In this document: one piece after another, positions 25,952 to 36,175 of the stretch
Layout: the number at the start of each line of letters is the position of its first letter
Position numbering within the stretch: position 1 is the stretch's first letter
Source: Candidatus Saccharimonadales bacterium
GTDB taxonomy: Bacteria; Patescibacteriota; Microgenomatia; Levybacterales; UBA12049
Direction: 5' to 3'
Length of the DNA stretch: 57,417 nucleotides
Assembly (NCBI GenBank): GCA_035478335.1
Contig: DATIJS010000033.1
Location: 1-57,417, forward strand
Translations under genes and position numbers: made by a program
Notes under the pieces: generated by a model
Database searches by the model: none
What the model saw: the letters and a program-made list of their open reading frames with translations, nothing else
What the model was told of the DNA's origin: nothing

Positions 25952-27973
25952 ATGAATCTGCAATCACCAATCACGACAGGAGGACGCAATCTCAAAATGT
26001 ACGCAACACGTCTTGAAAATCTAGGCATATTTACTTTTGAGGATTTTCTGATGCATCTGCCCGCGCGTTACGAAGATTATTCGATAGTTTCAAAAATTAA
26101 CCAGGTTCAAAATGGAGAAACCGTTACTATTCAAGGTCAAGTTGTTGATGTAAAAAATCAATACTTAAGAGGCGGAAGAATCAGAACATATCAAAAAGCA
26201 ATTGTCACTGATGATACAGGGGAGATTCAACTGTTGTGGTTTAACCAACCCTTTTTGATTAAATCAATCCCAATAGGTGCGAAGATTTCAGTATCAGGTC
26301 GCGTTGAAACAACTGCAAGAACAAAATCAATAAAGTCCCCGGTTTTTGAAATTCTTTTTGATGATAAAAACATCCATACCGGGCGTCTTATTCCTGTATA
26401 TCCTGAGACAAAAGGTATAACGTCCAAATGGCTCAGGCGCCAAATCTACAATATCCTATCTCAATTTGAAAATGAACTAATTGAATATCTGCCCACCAAA
26501 GTGCTTTCAGAAAATAAATTTCCTGAATATGCAAAAGCAATAAAAGAGGTTCACTTCCCGACCAGTCTTGAAAAAGCTGAAATCGCCCGTAGCAGATTAG
26601 GCTTTGATGAATTACTGTTTCTTCAGCTTGCAGCCAATAAGAGGCGAGGAGCATGGAGAAAAAAAACCATCGGGAATTTATTCAAAATTGCAGAATATGA
26701 AAAAGATCTGGATAAGCTTATTGGATCCTTACCATTTACTCTTACTGATTCACAAATCAATGCACTAAATGAAATAAAAAAAGACTTAAATTCAAACAAG
26801 CCAATGAACCGCCTGCTCCAGGGAGATGTGGGATCGGGTAAAACAGTAGTAGCAGCGATAGCGATGTATTTGGCTCATCTCAATGGATTTCAATCTGTTC
26901 TCATGGCACCAACAGAGATACTTGCACAACAGCATTTCAAAACAATTGATCAATTTTTATCAAAGTTTGGATTAAGAGTAAAATTGGTTACAAGTAACAC
27001 GAAATTAACCGAAGAATTTGATATTTTGGTAGGAACACACTCAGTTCTTTCTGAAAAAATTAAATTTTCAAACCTTGGCCTTATTGTCATCGATGAGCAG
27101 CAACGATTTGGAGTACAGCAGAGAAGTGTAATCCGCGAAAAAGGTAAAAATCCTCATCTTTTGACTATGACTGCCACACCGATCCCCAGGACAGTTGCAT
27201 TAACAATGTATGGTGATTTGGATTTGTCATATCTTAGGGATATGCCAAAAAACAGATTAAGAATCAAGACATGGCTTGTGCCTCCTGAAAAACGTGAACC
27301 CGGCTATGAATGGATTAGAAAACAGATTATTGAAACAAAATCACAAGTATTTGTAATATGTCCGTTTATCGAACAGTCAGAGAGTATGCAGACTATCAAA
27401 GCAGCCAGCAAAGAATATGAAAGACTGAGAAAGGAGGTATTTCCTGATTTGAAATTGGGACTTTTGCATGGAAAACTTAAAGGAAGGGAAAAAACAGAAG
27501 TGCTTAATAAATTCAGGGATGGTGAATTTGATATTCTCGTTGCCACTCCTGTTGTTGAAGTCGGAATTGATATCCCAAATGCTACGATAATTATGATTGA
27601 AGCAGCTGAACGGTTCGGTCTTGCTCAACTTCATCAGCTTAGAGGCCGTGTAGGTCGAGGAGATAAGCAATCATACTGCCTTTTATTTACGGATAATGAA
27701 ACAGCTCAAACCTCCACAAGACTTAAAGGTATGGAATCGCTTTATTCAGGCGCAGAACTTGCTGAGCTGGATCTTAAAATACGTGGCATGGGCAATATGT
27801 ATGGAACAGCCCAACATGGAATTCCATCCCTTAAAGCTGCCTCTTTCTCAGATACCAATCTTATTATAAAAGCAAAAAATGAGGCTGACAAATTATTTCC
27901 CGTTTTATCAAAATATCCTATGCTTGAGAAAAAGGTGGATGATATAACGGTTGAGGTGGTTTCCCCTGACTAA
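25952..27973 (+). CDS. recG: ATP-dependent DNA helicase RecG
   Basis: It has a wedge/OB N-terminus, the Walker A GDVGSGKT, DEQQRFG, and the TATPIPRT motif. Confidence 0.93.
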   Translation: MNLQSPITTGGRNLKMYATRLENLGIFTFEDFLMHLPARYEDYSIVSKINQVQNGETVTIQGQVVDVKNQYLRGGRIRTYQKAIVTDDTGEIQLLWFNQPFLIKSIPIGAKISVSGRVETTARTKSIKSPVFEILFDDKNIHTGRLIPVYPETKGITSKWLRRQIYNILSQFENELIEYLPTKVLSENKFPEYAKAIKEVHFPTSLEKAEIARSRLGFDELLFLQLAANKRRGAWRKKTIGNLFKIAEYEKDLDKLIGSLPFTLTDSQINALNEIKKDLNSNKPMNRLLQGDVGSGKTVVAAIAMYLAHLNGFQSVLMAPTEILAQQHFKTIDQFLSKFGLRVKLVTSNTKLTEEFDILVGTHSVLSEKIKFSNLGLIVIDEQQRFGVQQRSVIREKGKNPHLLTMTATPIPRTVALTMYGDLDLSYLRDMPKNRLRIKTWLVPPEKREPGYEWIRKQIIETKSQVFVICPFIEQSESMQTIKAASKEYERLRKEVFPDLKLGLLHGKLKGREKTEVLNKFRDGEFDILVATPVVEVGIDIPNATIIMIEAAERFGLAQLHQLRGRVGRGDKQSYCLLFTDNETAQTSTRLKGMESLYSGAELAELDLKIRGMGNMYGTAQHGIPSLKAASFSDTNLIIKAKNEADKLFPVLSKYPMLEKKVDDITVEVVSPD

Positions 27974-28791
27974 TCACCTGTTGGCGTAGGTCCTTTTGTC
28001 GCTTCTGCACTATTGGATCCTGTCTTATCCTTATCAAAATCTTTTAATCCGTGTCTTATTTTTTGTCCGTCTTGCAAAGCAGTAACAAGATCAAGCCGCC
28101 CTGCCTGAATCATTTTACGTGCTGATTGAAGAATAGATGCATTTGCCGGATATCCATCAGGAGTAAGAGGCAACACAGTATCAATTGCGTCAGTGGCTTG
28201 AGTTTTGGCATCTGCGATTTTTGCATTCATGTCATCAAGTAGAGTTTGCAGCGATGAAACATCATTTCCTGCGGCTTTGGACCCATCAATTCTAGTCTTA
28301 AGCTTGGCTGAATAGCTACTCATCTCATCAGCAACTGTGCTCATTCTATCAGCCGCTGCAATAAGTTCGATTTTAGGTATAAAAAGCAAGTAAACTCGAT
28401 ATGATTTTATAATTGATTGGACATCAGTTTTAAGAATAACAGGATCCGTATCTGTTTTTATTTTTGCCTCAAGTTTTTGCAAATTGGTAATTTCTGTTTG
28501 AATTTGAGTGATAAACGATGCTTTCTGATCTGCGCTCAGTCTTTTAATTGCACCGATCCGTGTAATCAGCTTATTTAGAGAATCAATTCTTCTGGTAATT
28601 TCAGCTACAGCCCGATCATTTAATTTTTCGCTCCGCAGGGCTGTTTTTTCCTGAACCATTGCTTCTCTTGATGCTATTCTTTCGTCTTTCAAAGGCCTCC
28701 GTGCGCTCTCTGACCCATCCATTGCAAAAACAGGCGCAAAACTTGAAAAAAGTATTGACAAGGTTGCGAGAATTGTAATTATTTTTTTCAT
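27970..28791 (-). CDS. Secreted helical protein (hypothetical)
   Basis: It has a signal peptide (MKKIITILATLSILFSSFAPVFA) and a long helical repeat-like body. The ATG at 28791 is preferred over the TTG at 28797. Confidence 0.55.
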   Translation of the reverse strand: MKKIITILATLSILFSSFAPVFAMDGSESARRPLKDERIASREAMVQEKTALRSEKLNDRAVAEITRRIDSLNKLITRIGAIKRLSADQKASFITQIQTEITNLQKLEAKIKTDTDPVILKTDVQSIIKSYRVYLLFIPKIELIAAADRMSTVADEMSSYSAKLKTRIDGSKAAGNDVSSLQTLLDDMNAKIADAKTQATDAIDTVLPLTPDGYPANASILQSARKMIQAGRLDLVTALQDGQKIRHGLKDFDKDKTGSNSAEATKGPTPTGD

Positions 28792-28799
28792 ATACAAAA

Positions 28800-29204
28800 T
28801 TATTGACTTAAATCAACCGGCTTATCACTTAAACCATTATCTGCGCTTTGCACATCTGAATCAAGATTTTTTATATTGTTATCTATATTTTGTGTATCTT
28901 TATCCAATTGTGTATCTGTAGCGCTAGATGAGCTTACCGGAAGAGTAGGAGATATGGATTTAGTAGCGGTTTGCACATTTGTTTTTAGTGACTGAGTATT
29001 TGATGATTTTCCGATAATAATATACGTAACCACGGCAATTGCGATCAGAATGACTAAACCAATCAATATTATTTTACCTGAAGATTTGTTTTTAGATTCT
29101 TGAGGTTGTGATGCAGCAGGAATTATAGCAGGCTCCTGTAAACCGTGAGTTGGTACAGGCTGAGGCTCTTGCGGTGCTGATTGGACTGATTGCTGATTAT
29201 CCAT
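28800..29204 (-). CDS. Membrane-anchored hypothetical protein
   Basis: It has a Q/P-rich N-terminus, one TM helix (IILIGLVILIAIAVVTYIII) and an S/T-rich tail. The start is set at ATG 29204. Confidence 0.5.
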   Translation of the reverse strand: MDNQQSVQSAPQEPQPVPTHGLQEPAIIPAASQPQESKNKSSGKIILIGLVILIAIAVVTYIIIGKSSNTQSLKTNVQTATKSISPTLPVSSSSATDTQLDKDTQNIDNNIKNLDSDVQSADNGLSDKPVDLSQ

Positions 29205-29313
29205 ACTTAATCTAGCATATAGAATAATTATTCTCTTTGTCAAGTATTCTGCTTTTGATTAAACACTCCTAACCCCACTTGCAGTTATCTTACAAATAAA
29301 GTAAAATAGAGAA

Positions 29314-29517
29314 ATGTCACAAGAGCCTAAAAGACGTCATTCTATTGCAAGAAAAGGTAAAAGGCGCGCAAGTATCAAACTTACAGTTACAAAATCTGCT
29401 GTTTGTAAGAACTGCAAAAGCCTTTATTTGCCTCACACAATTTGTGCAAACTGCGGGTACTATAATGGAAAACAGGTAACAACTGTTAAAACAGCAAAAG
29501 CTCAGCCAGCAGAATGA
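29314..29517 (+). CDS. rpmF: 50S ribosomal protein L32
   Basis: It has KRRHSIARKGKRRA and a CxxC...CxxC zinc ribbon. Confidence 0.9.
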   Translation: MSQEPKRRHSIARKGKRRASIKLTVTKSAVCKNCKSLYLPHTICANCGYYNGKQVTTVKTAKAQPAE

Positions 29518-29873
29518 AAACCTCACACGACCCTAGGCACAAAAACAGACAAAATATAGTTCAGCAGTTATTTGGGGTAGAATTCCATAATCAAAAAGTA
29601 AGCCCGGCGACAGAGAAAGTTATGATGTATAAAGATACAATTGACCAAAATATCAAATCCGCTGCTCCTGACTTTCCAGTCGATAAAATAAATAAAATTG
29701 ATCTGGCAATTCTCCGATTGGCAACTTATGAGCTATTAATCGACAAAAAGGAACCTCAAAACGTAGTGATTGATGAGGCAGTAGAGCTGGCGAAAGAATT
29801 TGGAGGAGAAACAAGTCCCGGATTTATAAACGGTGTCTTAGGACACATAATTTCCTATGCAAACGTTGCCTAA
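29514..29873 (+). CDS. nusB: Transcription antitermination factor NusB (short)
   Basis: It reads DLAILRLATYELL...VVIDEAVELAKEFGGETSPGFINGVLG. Confidence 0.85.
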   Translation: MKTSHDPRHKNRQNIVQQLFGVEFHNQKVSPATEKVMMYKDTIDQNIKSAAPDFPVDKINKIDLAILRLATYELLIDKKEPQNVVIDEAVELAKEFGGETSPGFINGVLGHIISYANVA

Positions 29874-30519
29874 ATTTAAAAATCCCAAATTACTAAGATT
29901 GGCTTTTATTCACCGTTCATACCTAAATGAATCAAGATCCGAAAATGAATCCAATGAAAGACTTGAATTCTTAGGAGACAGTATAATTTCATTTGTAATT
30001 TCGGATCATCTGTATAAAGCATACCCCAATTTTGATGAAGGAATCCTCACAAACCTCAGATCTTTAGTGGTCAACACCAAAAGTCTTGCGAAGATGAGTA
30101 AAAACCTTAATTTTGGAGACAAATTACTTCTTTCAAAAGGAGAGGAGGATTCGGGAGGGAAAAATAATCAGTCACTTCTTGCAAATACCTTTGAAGCGTT
30201 TATTGGCGCACTATTCATAGATCAGGGCATTGTTGCAGTATCTAAATTCCTCAATGAAGTCCTGGTTCCCTCTATCGAAGAGCACGTTCAGAAAAAAGTT
30301 TTTAAAGATCCAAAAAGTCTGCTTCAGGAAAAAATTCAGGCCAAAAAACAAAATTCTCCGATCTATAAGGTTCTTAACGAAGTAGGTCCTGCGCATGCAA
30401 AACAATTCACCATAGGCGTATTTGTTGCTGATGAACTCTTGGGAAAAGGTAGCGGTAGCTCCAAACAGGAAGCTGAAGAAATTGCTGCAGGAGCAGCCCT
30501 TGCCCAGTTCGAAAAATAA
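29857..30519 (+). CDS. rnc: Ribonuclease III
   Basis: It has the ERLEFLGDS signature and a C-terminal dsRBD (GPAHAKQF...GSGSSKQEAEE.AA). Confidence 0.93.
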   Translation: MQTLPKFKNPKLLRLAFIHRSYLNESRSENESNERLEFLGDSIISFVISDHLYKAYPNFDEGILTNLRSLVVNTKSLAKMSKNLNFGDKLLLSKGEEDSGGKNNQSLLANTFEAFIGALFIDQGIVAVSKFLNEVLVPSIEEHVQKKVFKDPKSLLQEKIQAKKQNSPIYKVLNEVGPAHAKQFTIGVFVADELLGKGSGSSKQEAEEIAAGAALAQFEK

Positions 30520-30575
30520 ATTTATTTCCCTAGGACTTGAGAAGATAATAAAACTCTGGTATACTTAACAAACAT

Positions 30576-30806
30576 ATGTCACTCGTAATTAGACTAACAA
30601 GAACAGGAAAAAAAGGAGAGCGTAAATTCCGTGTGGTTGTCAAAGAAAAGCGCAGCAAACGCGATGGCGGCTATGTAGATCTCTTGGGCTGGTACAACAA
30701 AACAGCTGACATGAAGAACAAAAAGATTGATATGGAAAAATACAATCATTGGGTATCTCTTGGCGCGCAACCAAGCCCTACGGTTCAGGCAATCGTCAAG
30801 CAATAA
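30576..30806 (+). CDS. rpsP: 30S ribosomal protein S16
   Basis: The N-terminus is MSLVIRLTRTGKKGERKFRVVV. Confidence 0.93.
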   Translation: MSLVIRLTRTGKKGERKFRVVVKEKRSKRDGGYVDLLGWYNKTADMKNKKIDMEKYNHWVSLGAQPSPTVQAIVKQ

Positions 30807-30810
30807 AATT

Positions 30811-31053
30811 ATGAAAGATACCCTTGAATATATTGTAAAATTAATTGTGGATGATGAAGATTCGGTAAAAATTGAAGAAAAAGATGAAGATGGAACTCTT
30901 AACCTCATAGTAACAGTAGCCAAAGAAGATATGGGTAAAATAATCGGTAAAGAAGGAAAAGTCATAAGAAGCATCCGCAACATAATGAAGATCAAAGCGA
31001 TGAAACACGATATAAGAATCAACATCACCCTCGCAGAAATACCTCAGGAGTAA
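30811..31053 (+). CDS. KH-domain RNA-binding protein (YlqC/UPF0109 family)
   Basis: It has the GKIIGKEGKVIRSIRNI GXXG motif and the conserved position after rpsP. The start is ATG 30811 within the longer ORF-track frame. Confidence 0.85.
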   Translation: MKDTLEYIVKLIVDDEDSVKIEEKDEDGTLNLIVTVAKEDMGKIIGKEGKVIRSIRNIMKIKAMKHDIRINITLAEIPQE

Positions 31054-31113
31054 AAAAATTTTCTAATGCCAAAATTGCAATCCAACATTATAAATGGATG
31101 ATATAATTACTAA

Positions 31114-31728
31114 GTGGAAAAAGTTCATCATTTATTTATTCTACCGGGATTAGGAAAGCATGAAGCCATTCTAGAGCTTATTAGAAGGAATTGGGAAAAA
31201 GAATTTGATATTCAAATACATATCCTAGCAATAGATTGGCATGACAATACCAAAGATTTTAAACAAAAAATAATTTCACTAACCAATCAGATAAAACCCT
31301 ACTCTACAAACAAAAACTCTACTATTTCACTACTCGGAATTAGTGCAGGAGCCAGCGCAGCCATTAATGTTTGGAAAAATATGAATCTGGAAGTAGAAAG
31401 TATTATTTTGGTTTGCGGAAGAGTTAAAGAAGGAAAAGCTAGAGGCGCTAGAACACTACACTGGGCTTCCCGCAATAGCCCATCTTTTAAAGAATCTGTT
31501 CTGGAATCGGAAAGGAATTTAAAAAAACTATCTCCAAATGACAATACGAAAATATTAATTTTTTACTCTCTTCTTGATGAGCTTGTCCCACCCAACGATG
31601 CCAGAATTAACGGAGCGAAAAATCTTTATTTGATAGTACCAGAACATGTATTGTCTATTGTCTTTTCAATGATTTTTTACAAAAAAATAATTACTGAGCA
31701 TATACTAACTCTTAAAAGAGAGAGTTAA
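31114..31728 (+). CDS. Alpha/beta-hydrolase-fold protein (esterase-like), GTG start
   Basis: It has the nucleophile elbow GISAG, then LLDELVP and PEHV in Ser-Asp-His order. Confidence 0.5.
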   Translation: MEKVHHLFILPGLGKHEAILELIRRNWEKEFDIQIHILAIDWHDNTKDFKQKIISLTNQIKPYSTNKNSTISLLGISAGASAAINVWKNMNLEVESIILVCGRVKEGKARGARTLHWASRNSPSFKESVLESERNLKKLSPNDNTKILIFYSLLDELVPPNDARINGAKNLYLIVPEHVLSIVFSMIFYKKIITEHILTLKRES

Positions 31729-31737
31729 ACTTTATAA

Positions 31738-32265
31738 ATGGTAACTACTATTTTTACAATTTTTCTAGTAATCTTCTTATTATTAGTTGTGCTAATTCCG
31801 GTTATGCTCTGTATGTCTTTTCTTTTTGGGCCACCTTATGTACCGACTCCAAAAAAAATCATAAAAGAAATGATGGACCTAATCGATGCAGGTCCTCATG
31901 ATGTTGTTATTGATCTCGGCTCAGGAGACGGCGCAGTATTAATTGAGGCAGCATTAAGGGGCGCAACAGCAAAGGGATGGGAAATAAATCCTTTTTTGGT
32001 TTTGTTGACAAAGATCAGGGCCCGTATCAAAGATCTTAATAACAACATTTTTGTTTACACAAAACCTTATCAAAATGCTGACTTGGCTGATGCGACAGTA
32101 ATATTCTGCTACTGTTTGCCAAAATTCATACCGCAGATTATTAAAAAAGTTAAAAAAGAAGCATTAAAAGATGTAAAAATTGTTTCATATAAATTCCCAA
32201 TTCCTGATCTGAAAATGGTCACTAAAACTAAATCAGGTATTTTTATATATTCGATGAGTAAGTAG
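31738..32265 (+). CDS. Class I SAM-dependent methyltransferase with N-terminal TM helix
   Basis: It has motif I (VIDLGSGDGAVLIEAA). Confidence 0.65.
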   Translation: MVTTIFTIFLVIFLLLVVLIPVMLCMSFLFGPPYVPTPKKIIKEMMDLIDAGPHDVVIDLGSGDGAVLIEAALRGATAKGWEINPFLVLLTKIRARIKDLNNNIFVYTKPYQNADLADATVIFCYCLPKFIPQIIKKVKKEALKDVKIVSYKFPIPDLKMVTKTKSGIFIYSMSK

Positions 32266-32290
32266 GTACTCAATCTGCTAAAATAGGCAT

Positions 32291-32998
32291 ATGAAAATTT
32301 CAATCTTAACTCTTTTTCCGGAAATGTTTTTAGGACCATTTGAGCACTCAATCGTCAAAATTGCAAGTGAGAAAGGATTAGTTCATATAAATTTTGTGAA
32401 TATACGCGATTTTGGAGTTGGTAAACATAAAATGGTTGATGATACGGAGTATGGTGGGGGAGTCGGGATGGTTATTAAAGTCGATGTATTAAATGCTGCA
32501 ATTGCTGCATCAAAGATCAAAGATCAAAGATCAAAGATCAAAGAAAAAGTCGTTCTTCTTAGCGCAACCGGTAAAACTTACAATCAACAAAAAGCAGATG
32601 ATTTTTCAAAGCTTGATCACTTAATATTAATTTGCGGACACTACGAAGGAGTTGATGAAAGAATTAAAAAATACATTGATGAGGAAGTATCTGTTGGCGA
32701 CTTTATATTAACAGGCGGGGAGATTCCGGCAATGCTAATTACAGATAGTGTTTCAAGACTTATCGCAAACGTCTTACCAAAAGGGGCTACAGAAGAAGAA
32801 TCTTTTTCAGAAATAGATAATAATATACTCCTTGAGTACCCTCATTACACCAAGCCTCAGAATTATGAAGAGGATCACGTGCCAGAAATTCTGTTATCCG
32901 GAAATCATCCGAAAATTAAGGAATGGAGAATGGAAAAAGCTCTAGAAAATACGGAAAAATTGCGTCCTGACCTACTAAAAAAGAGGCATAGCGGATGA
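32291..32998 (+). CDS. trmD: tRNA (guanine37-N1)-methyltransferase
   Basis: It has ILTLFPEMF, YGGGVGMV, CGHYEGVDER and GGEIPAM motifs. Confidence 0.93.
   Translation: MKISILTLFPEMFLGPFEHSIVKIASEKGLVHINFVNIRDFGVGKHKMVDDTEYGGGVGMVIKVDVLNAAIAASKIKDQRSKIKEKVVLLSATGKTYNQQKADDFSKLDHLILICGHYEGVDERIKKYIDEEVSVGDFILTGGEIPAMLITDSVSRLIANVLPKGATEEESFSEIDNNILLEYPHYTKPQNYEEDHVPEILLSGNHPKIKEWRMEKALENTEKLRPDLLKKRHSG
32511..32545 (+). repeat. Heptanucleotide tandem repeat (CAAAGAT) x4 plus one 6/7 copy, inside trmD
   Basis: Direct reading gives caaagat caaagat caaagat caaagat caaagaa. It encodes SKIKDQRSKIKEK. Confidence 0.9.
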
Positions 32999-33718
32999 CG
33001 ATCCAATAGGCTCAATAATTCCTGGATTTGATGATTCCGCTTGCCAGAGAGTCAGCTCTTTTATTAAAGCTTGTTGCGACTCTGATATTGCGGTTATTGG
33101 TTCATTCTCATCGAATTTGATTTTACCGGGCGTTTTGTAATAAAAATTCATGCCGATTAACAATGAATTGGAATCACCCTTGACATCTGTAATCTCAACG
33201 AGCGGTGTTTTTTTCTGAATTTCCTCTATGAATTTTTTTCCTCCATCAGAGCTTCCTTTAATATCAACAGCAACCGAGATTGGTAATAGATCGGTATTGT
33301 TACCTTTATTTACAGAGGTAGAATTTACAGTTTTGTCATCCAATCGAAAACCAAAGTCAGAAACAGAAACACCTGATCGAATAGACGATTGTGCAATTAC
33401 ATCAATAATTCCGGCGAAATCTTTTTCAGTTGGCAATGCCCGTGTTGTAACCAGCAATTGAGAATCAAGAACTGACTTATCCATATTATTTATAAAATTG
33501 CTATTCTCATTTATATTTTTAATCTTTAAACGAAGTGCCACAACTTCACTTCTAATAGAAAAATAATTTTCCGCCTGTGGAATTATCACAAAAAACACAA
33601 GCATTAGACAGGCAACAGTCACTAAAGCAAAAATCGATAATGCATAGTAATTTGAATCCTTATATCGATAATAAAAAAACCTTATATCGTTATGTCCAAA
33701 AAATACTCTTTTGCTCAT
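32975..33718 (-). CDS. pilO: PilO-like type IV pilus assembly protein
   Basis: It has a single N-terminal TM helix and a coiled segment, positioned after pilM-pilN. The assignment is mainly positional. Confidence 0.5.
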   Translation of the reverse strand: MSKRVFFGHNDIRFFYYRYKDSNYYALSIFALVTVACLMLVFFVIIPQAENYFSIRSEVVALRLKIKNINENSNFINNMDKSVLDSQLLVTTRALPTEKDFAGIIDVIAQSSIRSGVSVSDFGFRLDDKTVNSTSVNKGNNTDLLPISVAVDIKGSSDGGKKFIEEIQKKTPLVEITDVKGDSNSLLIGMNFYYKTPGKIKFDENEPITAISESQQALIKELTLWQAESSNPGIIEPIGSSSAMPLF

Positions 33719-34254
33719 AATACATTCAAATCAAGCGTTAGAAGAAACTGTTTTTTTTCTTCGTCACTTGAGAGATTGGCTATATTTACTTGTGAGAACT
33801 CTTTTTCAGAAGCGTTATTTTTTCCTAGTTCATTTAGAAAAACATCTAACTGCTGAAGAGAATTACTGGAAAGTGTAATCGAAAAATGTTTTTTGTCAAT
33901 CTCTACAGAGTGAACAGAAACACCTGAGGGAAGCTTTTCTTGAATATTACCAAGTATATTGTCGTAATTTGGGCGATTCGCAATAAGCTTTGCTATTCGC
34001 TGAGCTCTTTCTTTAATTATAAATAACTTAACAATATCAGGATGTGCTACTGATAGATTAAATGAGGCAATCTTTTCTTTCTTTCTAAGTTCCGGAATAG
34101 GTGACAGCGCAATGAGAATAAAAAAAATAATTGATAATGCAGCAACGATAGACAATAGCCCGATTGACATTATTCTTAAAAGTCTCTGCTTGCTATTGTC
34201 TTGTTTTGGATTAATTTTATTTTTATAATCCAACAGATTTATACCGTTATTCAT
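33715..34254 (-). CDS. pilN: PilN-like type IV pilus assembly protein
   Basis: It has a short cytoplasmic N-terminus (INLL), one TM helix and a periplasmic-type domain, directly after pilM. Confidence 0.6.
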   Translation of the reverse strand: MNNGINLLDYKNKINPKQDNSKQRLLRIMSIGLLSIVAALSIIFFILIALSPIPELRKKEKIASFNLSVAHPDIVKLFIIKERAQRIAKLIANRPNYDNILGNIQEKLPSGVSVHSVEIDKKHFSITLSSNSLQQLDVFLNELGKNNASEKEFSQVNIANLSSDEEKKQFLLTLDLNVL

Positions 34255-35281
34255 ATTCTTTAATAGCTAAACCGCAAGCAATCACATATTCCGGACCAAG
34301 TGGCTCAAGTGGCTTAGGTACATTTGCAATATCAAGCATCTTCCATGTATTTGCCGTTACTGTCTCGATACCTGTTTTTTTGACAAAATATACATCGAGT
34401 CCTGGAAGATTTGCAGTACCGCCGGTTAATATAACTTGAGAGATGGGGGACTCATTTTTATATTTTTCGGTATAAAAAGCTATAGCTTTTTTAACTTCAG
34501 TAATTATATTTGCAAAAATAGGCTCAATTGCCATCCCCACCTTACCTTCCAGGCTTTTATCTGAAAATCCGTAGGTTTTTTTGTATTCTTCTGCTTGATC
34601 CACATTCAATCCAAAATTGGATGAAATCGCATGAGTCAGTACAATTCCTCCCAATGGAATTGAATAGTTAAACACTATAACTCCGTTTTGAATAATTGAT
34701 AATGATGTATTTAAAGAACCAATATTTACAAGTAGTGACGTTAAAGAATTATTACTTTTAGTAACGCCTCGTATTATGGAAAGTGTTTCTGTTTCAACCG
34801 CCACAATCGATAAGCCTGCTAATTCCAAAATTGTTTGATATCTTTTAATTAACTTATTGGGAGCTGCTACAAGAAGAACCTGCATTTTCTTTTCTGTAAT
34901 AATTTCTTTTGGTTTCTTAAGAATTATCCAATCAAGTGTCATTGTGTCTATGGCTGCAGGGATATATTCTTCTGCCTCCCAATAAATTGCGCTCGACAGT
35001 TCTTTATCTGATAAAACAGGCATGTCTATTACCTTTGTAAATATATGGTGTTCAGGAAGGGCAATGTTTACTTTATTTGTAGTGATTTTTGCATCCAGCA
35101 CAAGCTTATTTATTGTTTGCGCAAGTTCCTGATGGTCAAAAGGGGATTCTGATTGTATTCCAGGCGATGTGTTAGCAACAGACATAGCGCTATTGTAAGA
35201 TAATAAGCCGTTATCGCGATTAAGCCAGACAGCTTTTATTTTAGTAGCTCCAATGTCGAGTCCAAATGCATTACTTTTCAT
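34247..35281 (-). CDS. pilM: Type IV pilus assembly protein PilM (actin-like ATPase fold)
   Basis: It has GLDIGATKIKAV and LTGGTANLPGL motifs. Confidence 0.85.
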   Translation of the reverse strand: MKSNAFGLDIGATKIKAVWLNRDNGLLSYNSAMSVANTSPGIQSESPFDHQELAQTINKLVLDAKITTNKVNIALPEHHIFTKVIDMPVLSDKELSSAIYWEAEEYIPAAIDTMTLDWIILKKPKEIITEKKMQVLLVAAPNKLIKRYQTILELAGLSIVAVETETLSIIRGVTKSNNSLTSLLVNIGSLNTSLSIIQNGVIVFNYSIPLGGIVLTHAISSNFGLNVDQAEEYKKTYGFSDKSLEGKVGMAIEPIFANIITEVKKAIAFYTEKYKNESPISQVILTGGTANLPGLDVYFVKKTGIETVTANTWKMLDIANVPKPLEPLGPEYVIACGLAIKEYE

Positions 35282-36117
35282 TATTTAGGTGAGAAAAAAA
35301 TAAACGGGAAAAGCTCAGTTGGCAGTTTGGGGTACCCCCGAAAACTAACAATCTTACGTTTTGTGTTATCCGATACTCCAGTTGACGTTACAACAGTTCC
35401 CTGAGCCGGCAGCGCTACTGATCCTTCTATCCCTATTACGGTTGGCGCATATAAAGGTATAATGCGTGCAATCAAACCTGACGAAACTAAAACAGTTTGC
35501 TTGTACGCAAATGTTTTTCCGGATATTGTTACGCCTGATCCAGAAGGCGTTTGAAAATTGTTGGCTCCACGTCTGGGTGTACAAGGATCAAGCATGTATT
35601 CCGTGAGCTTGGGTGCTGCTTTTGATCCGGAAATTAAAACTATCTCTAAAGCTGCTTGAGTATTGTTGGCTTCAGAAGTGGCGCATGTTTCACCAGATTG
35701 ACCCCAATGAACAGTCAAATTTCCGCTCCAAGGTACCGAATAATCAGGGTAATTGGCAAGCCAAATATCAATAGGCTCATCCTTAAGAACAGTTGTGCCG
35801 TTATGCGCTGTAAACTGTGTGCCGGCAAGTGTGGAAACCGATGTTGAAAAAGAAGCATTATTACCAAGATCTGTATTCGCAATTGGTGTTGGATTTAGCA
35901 AAGCCTGTTCTACTCCAGCTTCCGCTGCAGAAAAAGCTTTTTGCGAGCTTTCATCATCTGTTGAATTACGTATATTTGTTGTACTTCTGACAGCTACCGA
36001 CAAGCCTACTGTTAAAACAACCACCATAACCAAAACAACTATCAAAAGAGATTGCCCATTCTGCCACTGTACAGATATTAAAAAATCGAGAAATTCTTTT
36101 TTTCCGTATTTCCCCAT
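35281..36117 (-). CDS. PilX-like minor pilin/pilus-associated protein
   Basis: It has NGQSLLIVVLVMVVVLTVGLS followed by a hydrophilic body. The start is set at ATG 36117. Confidence 0.55.
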   Translation of the reverse strand: MGKYGKKEFLDFLISVQWQNGQSLLIVVLVMVVVLTVGLSVAVRSTTNIRNSTDDESSQKAFSAAEAGVEQALLNPTPIANTDLGNNASFSTSVSTLAGTQFTAHNGTTVLKDEPIDIWLANYPDYSVPWSGNLTVHWGQSGETCATSEANNTQAALEIVLISGSKAAPKLTEYMLDPCTPRRGANNFQTPSGSGVTISGKTFAYKQTVLVSSGLIARIIPLYAPTVIGIEGSVALPAQGTVVTSTGVSDNTKRKIVSFRGYPKLPTELFPFIFFSPK

Positions 36118-36175
36118 ATAAATTAATACTAACAAGCTCTCAAGGCTGTGTCAATCAGGGAGGGATCAAATATAT

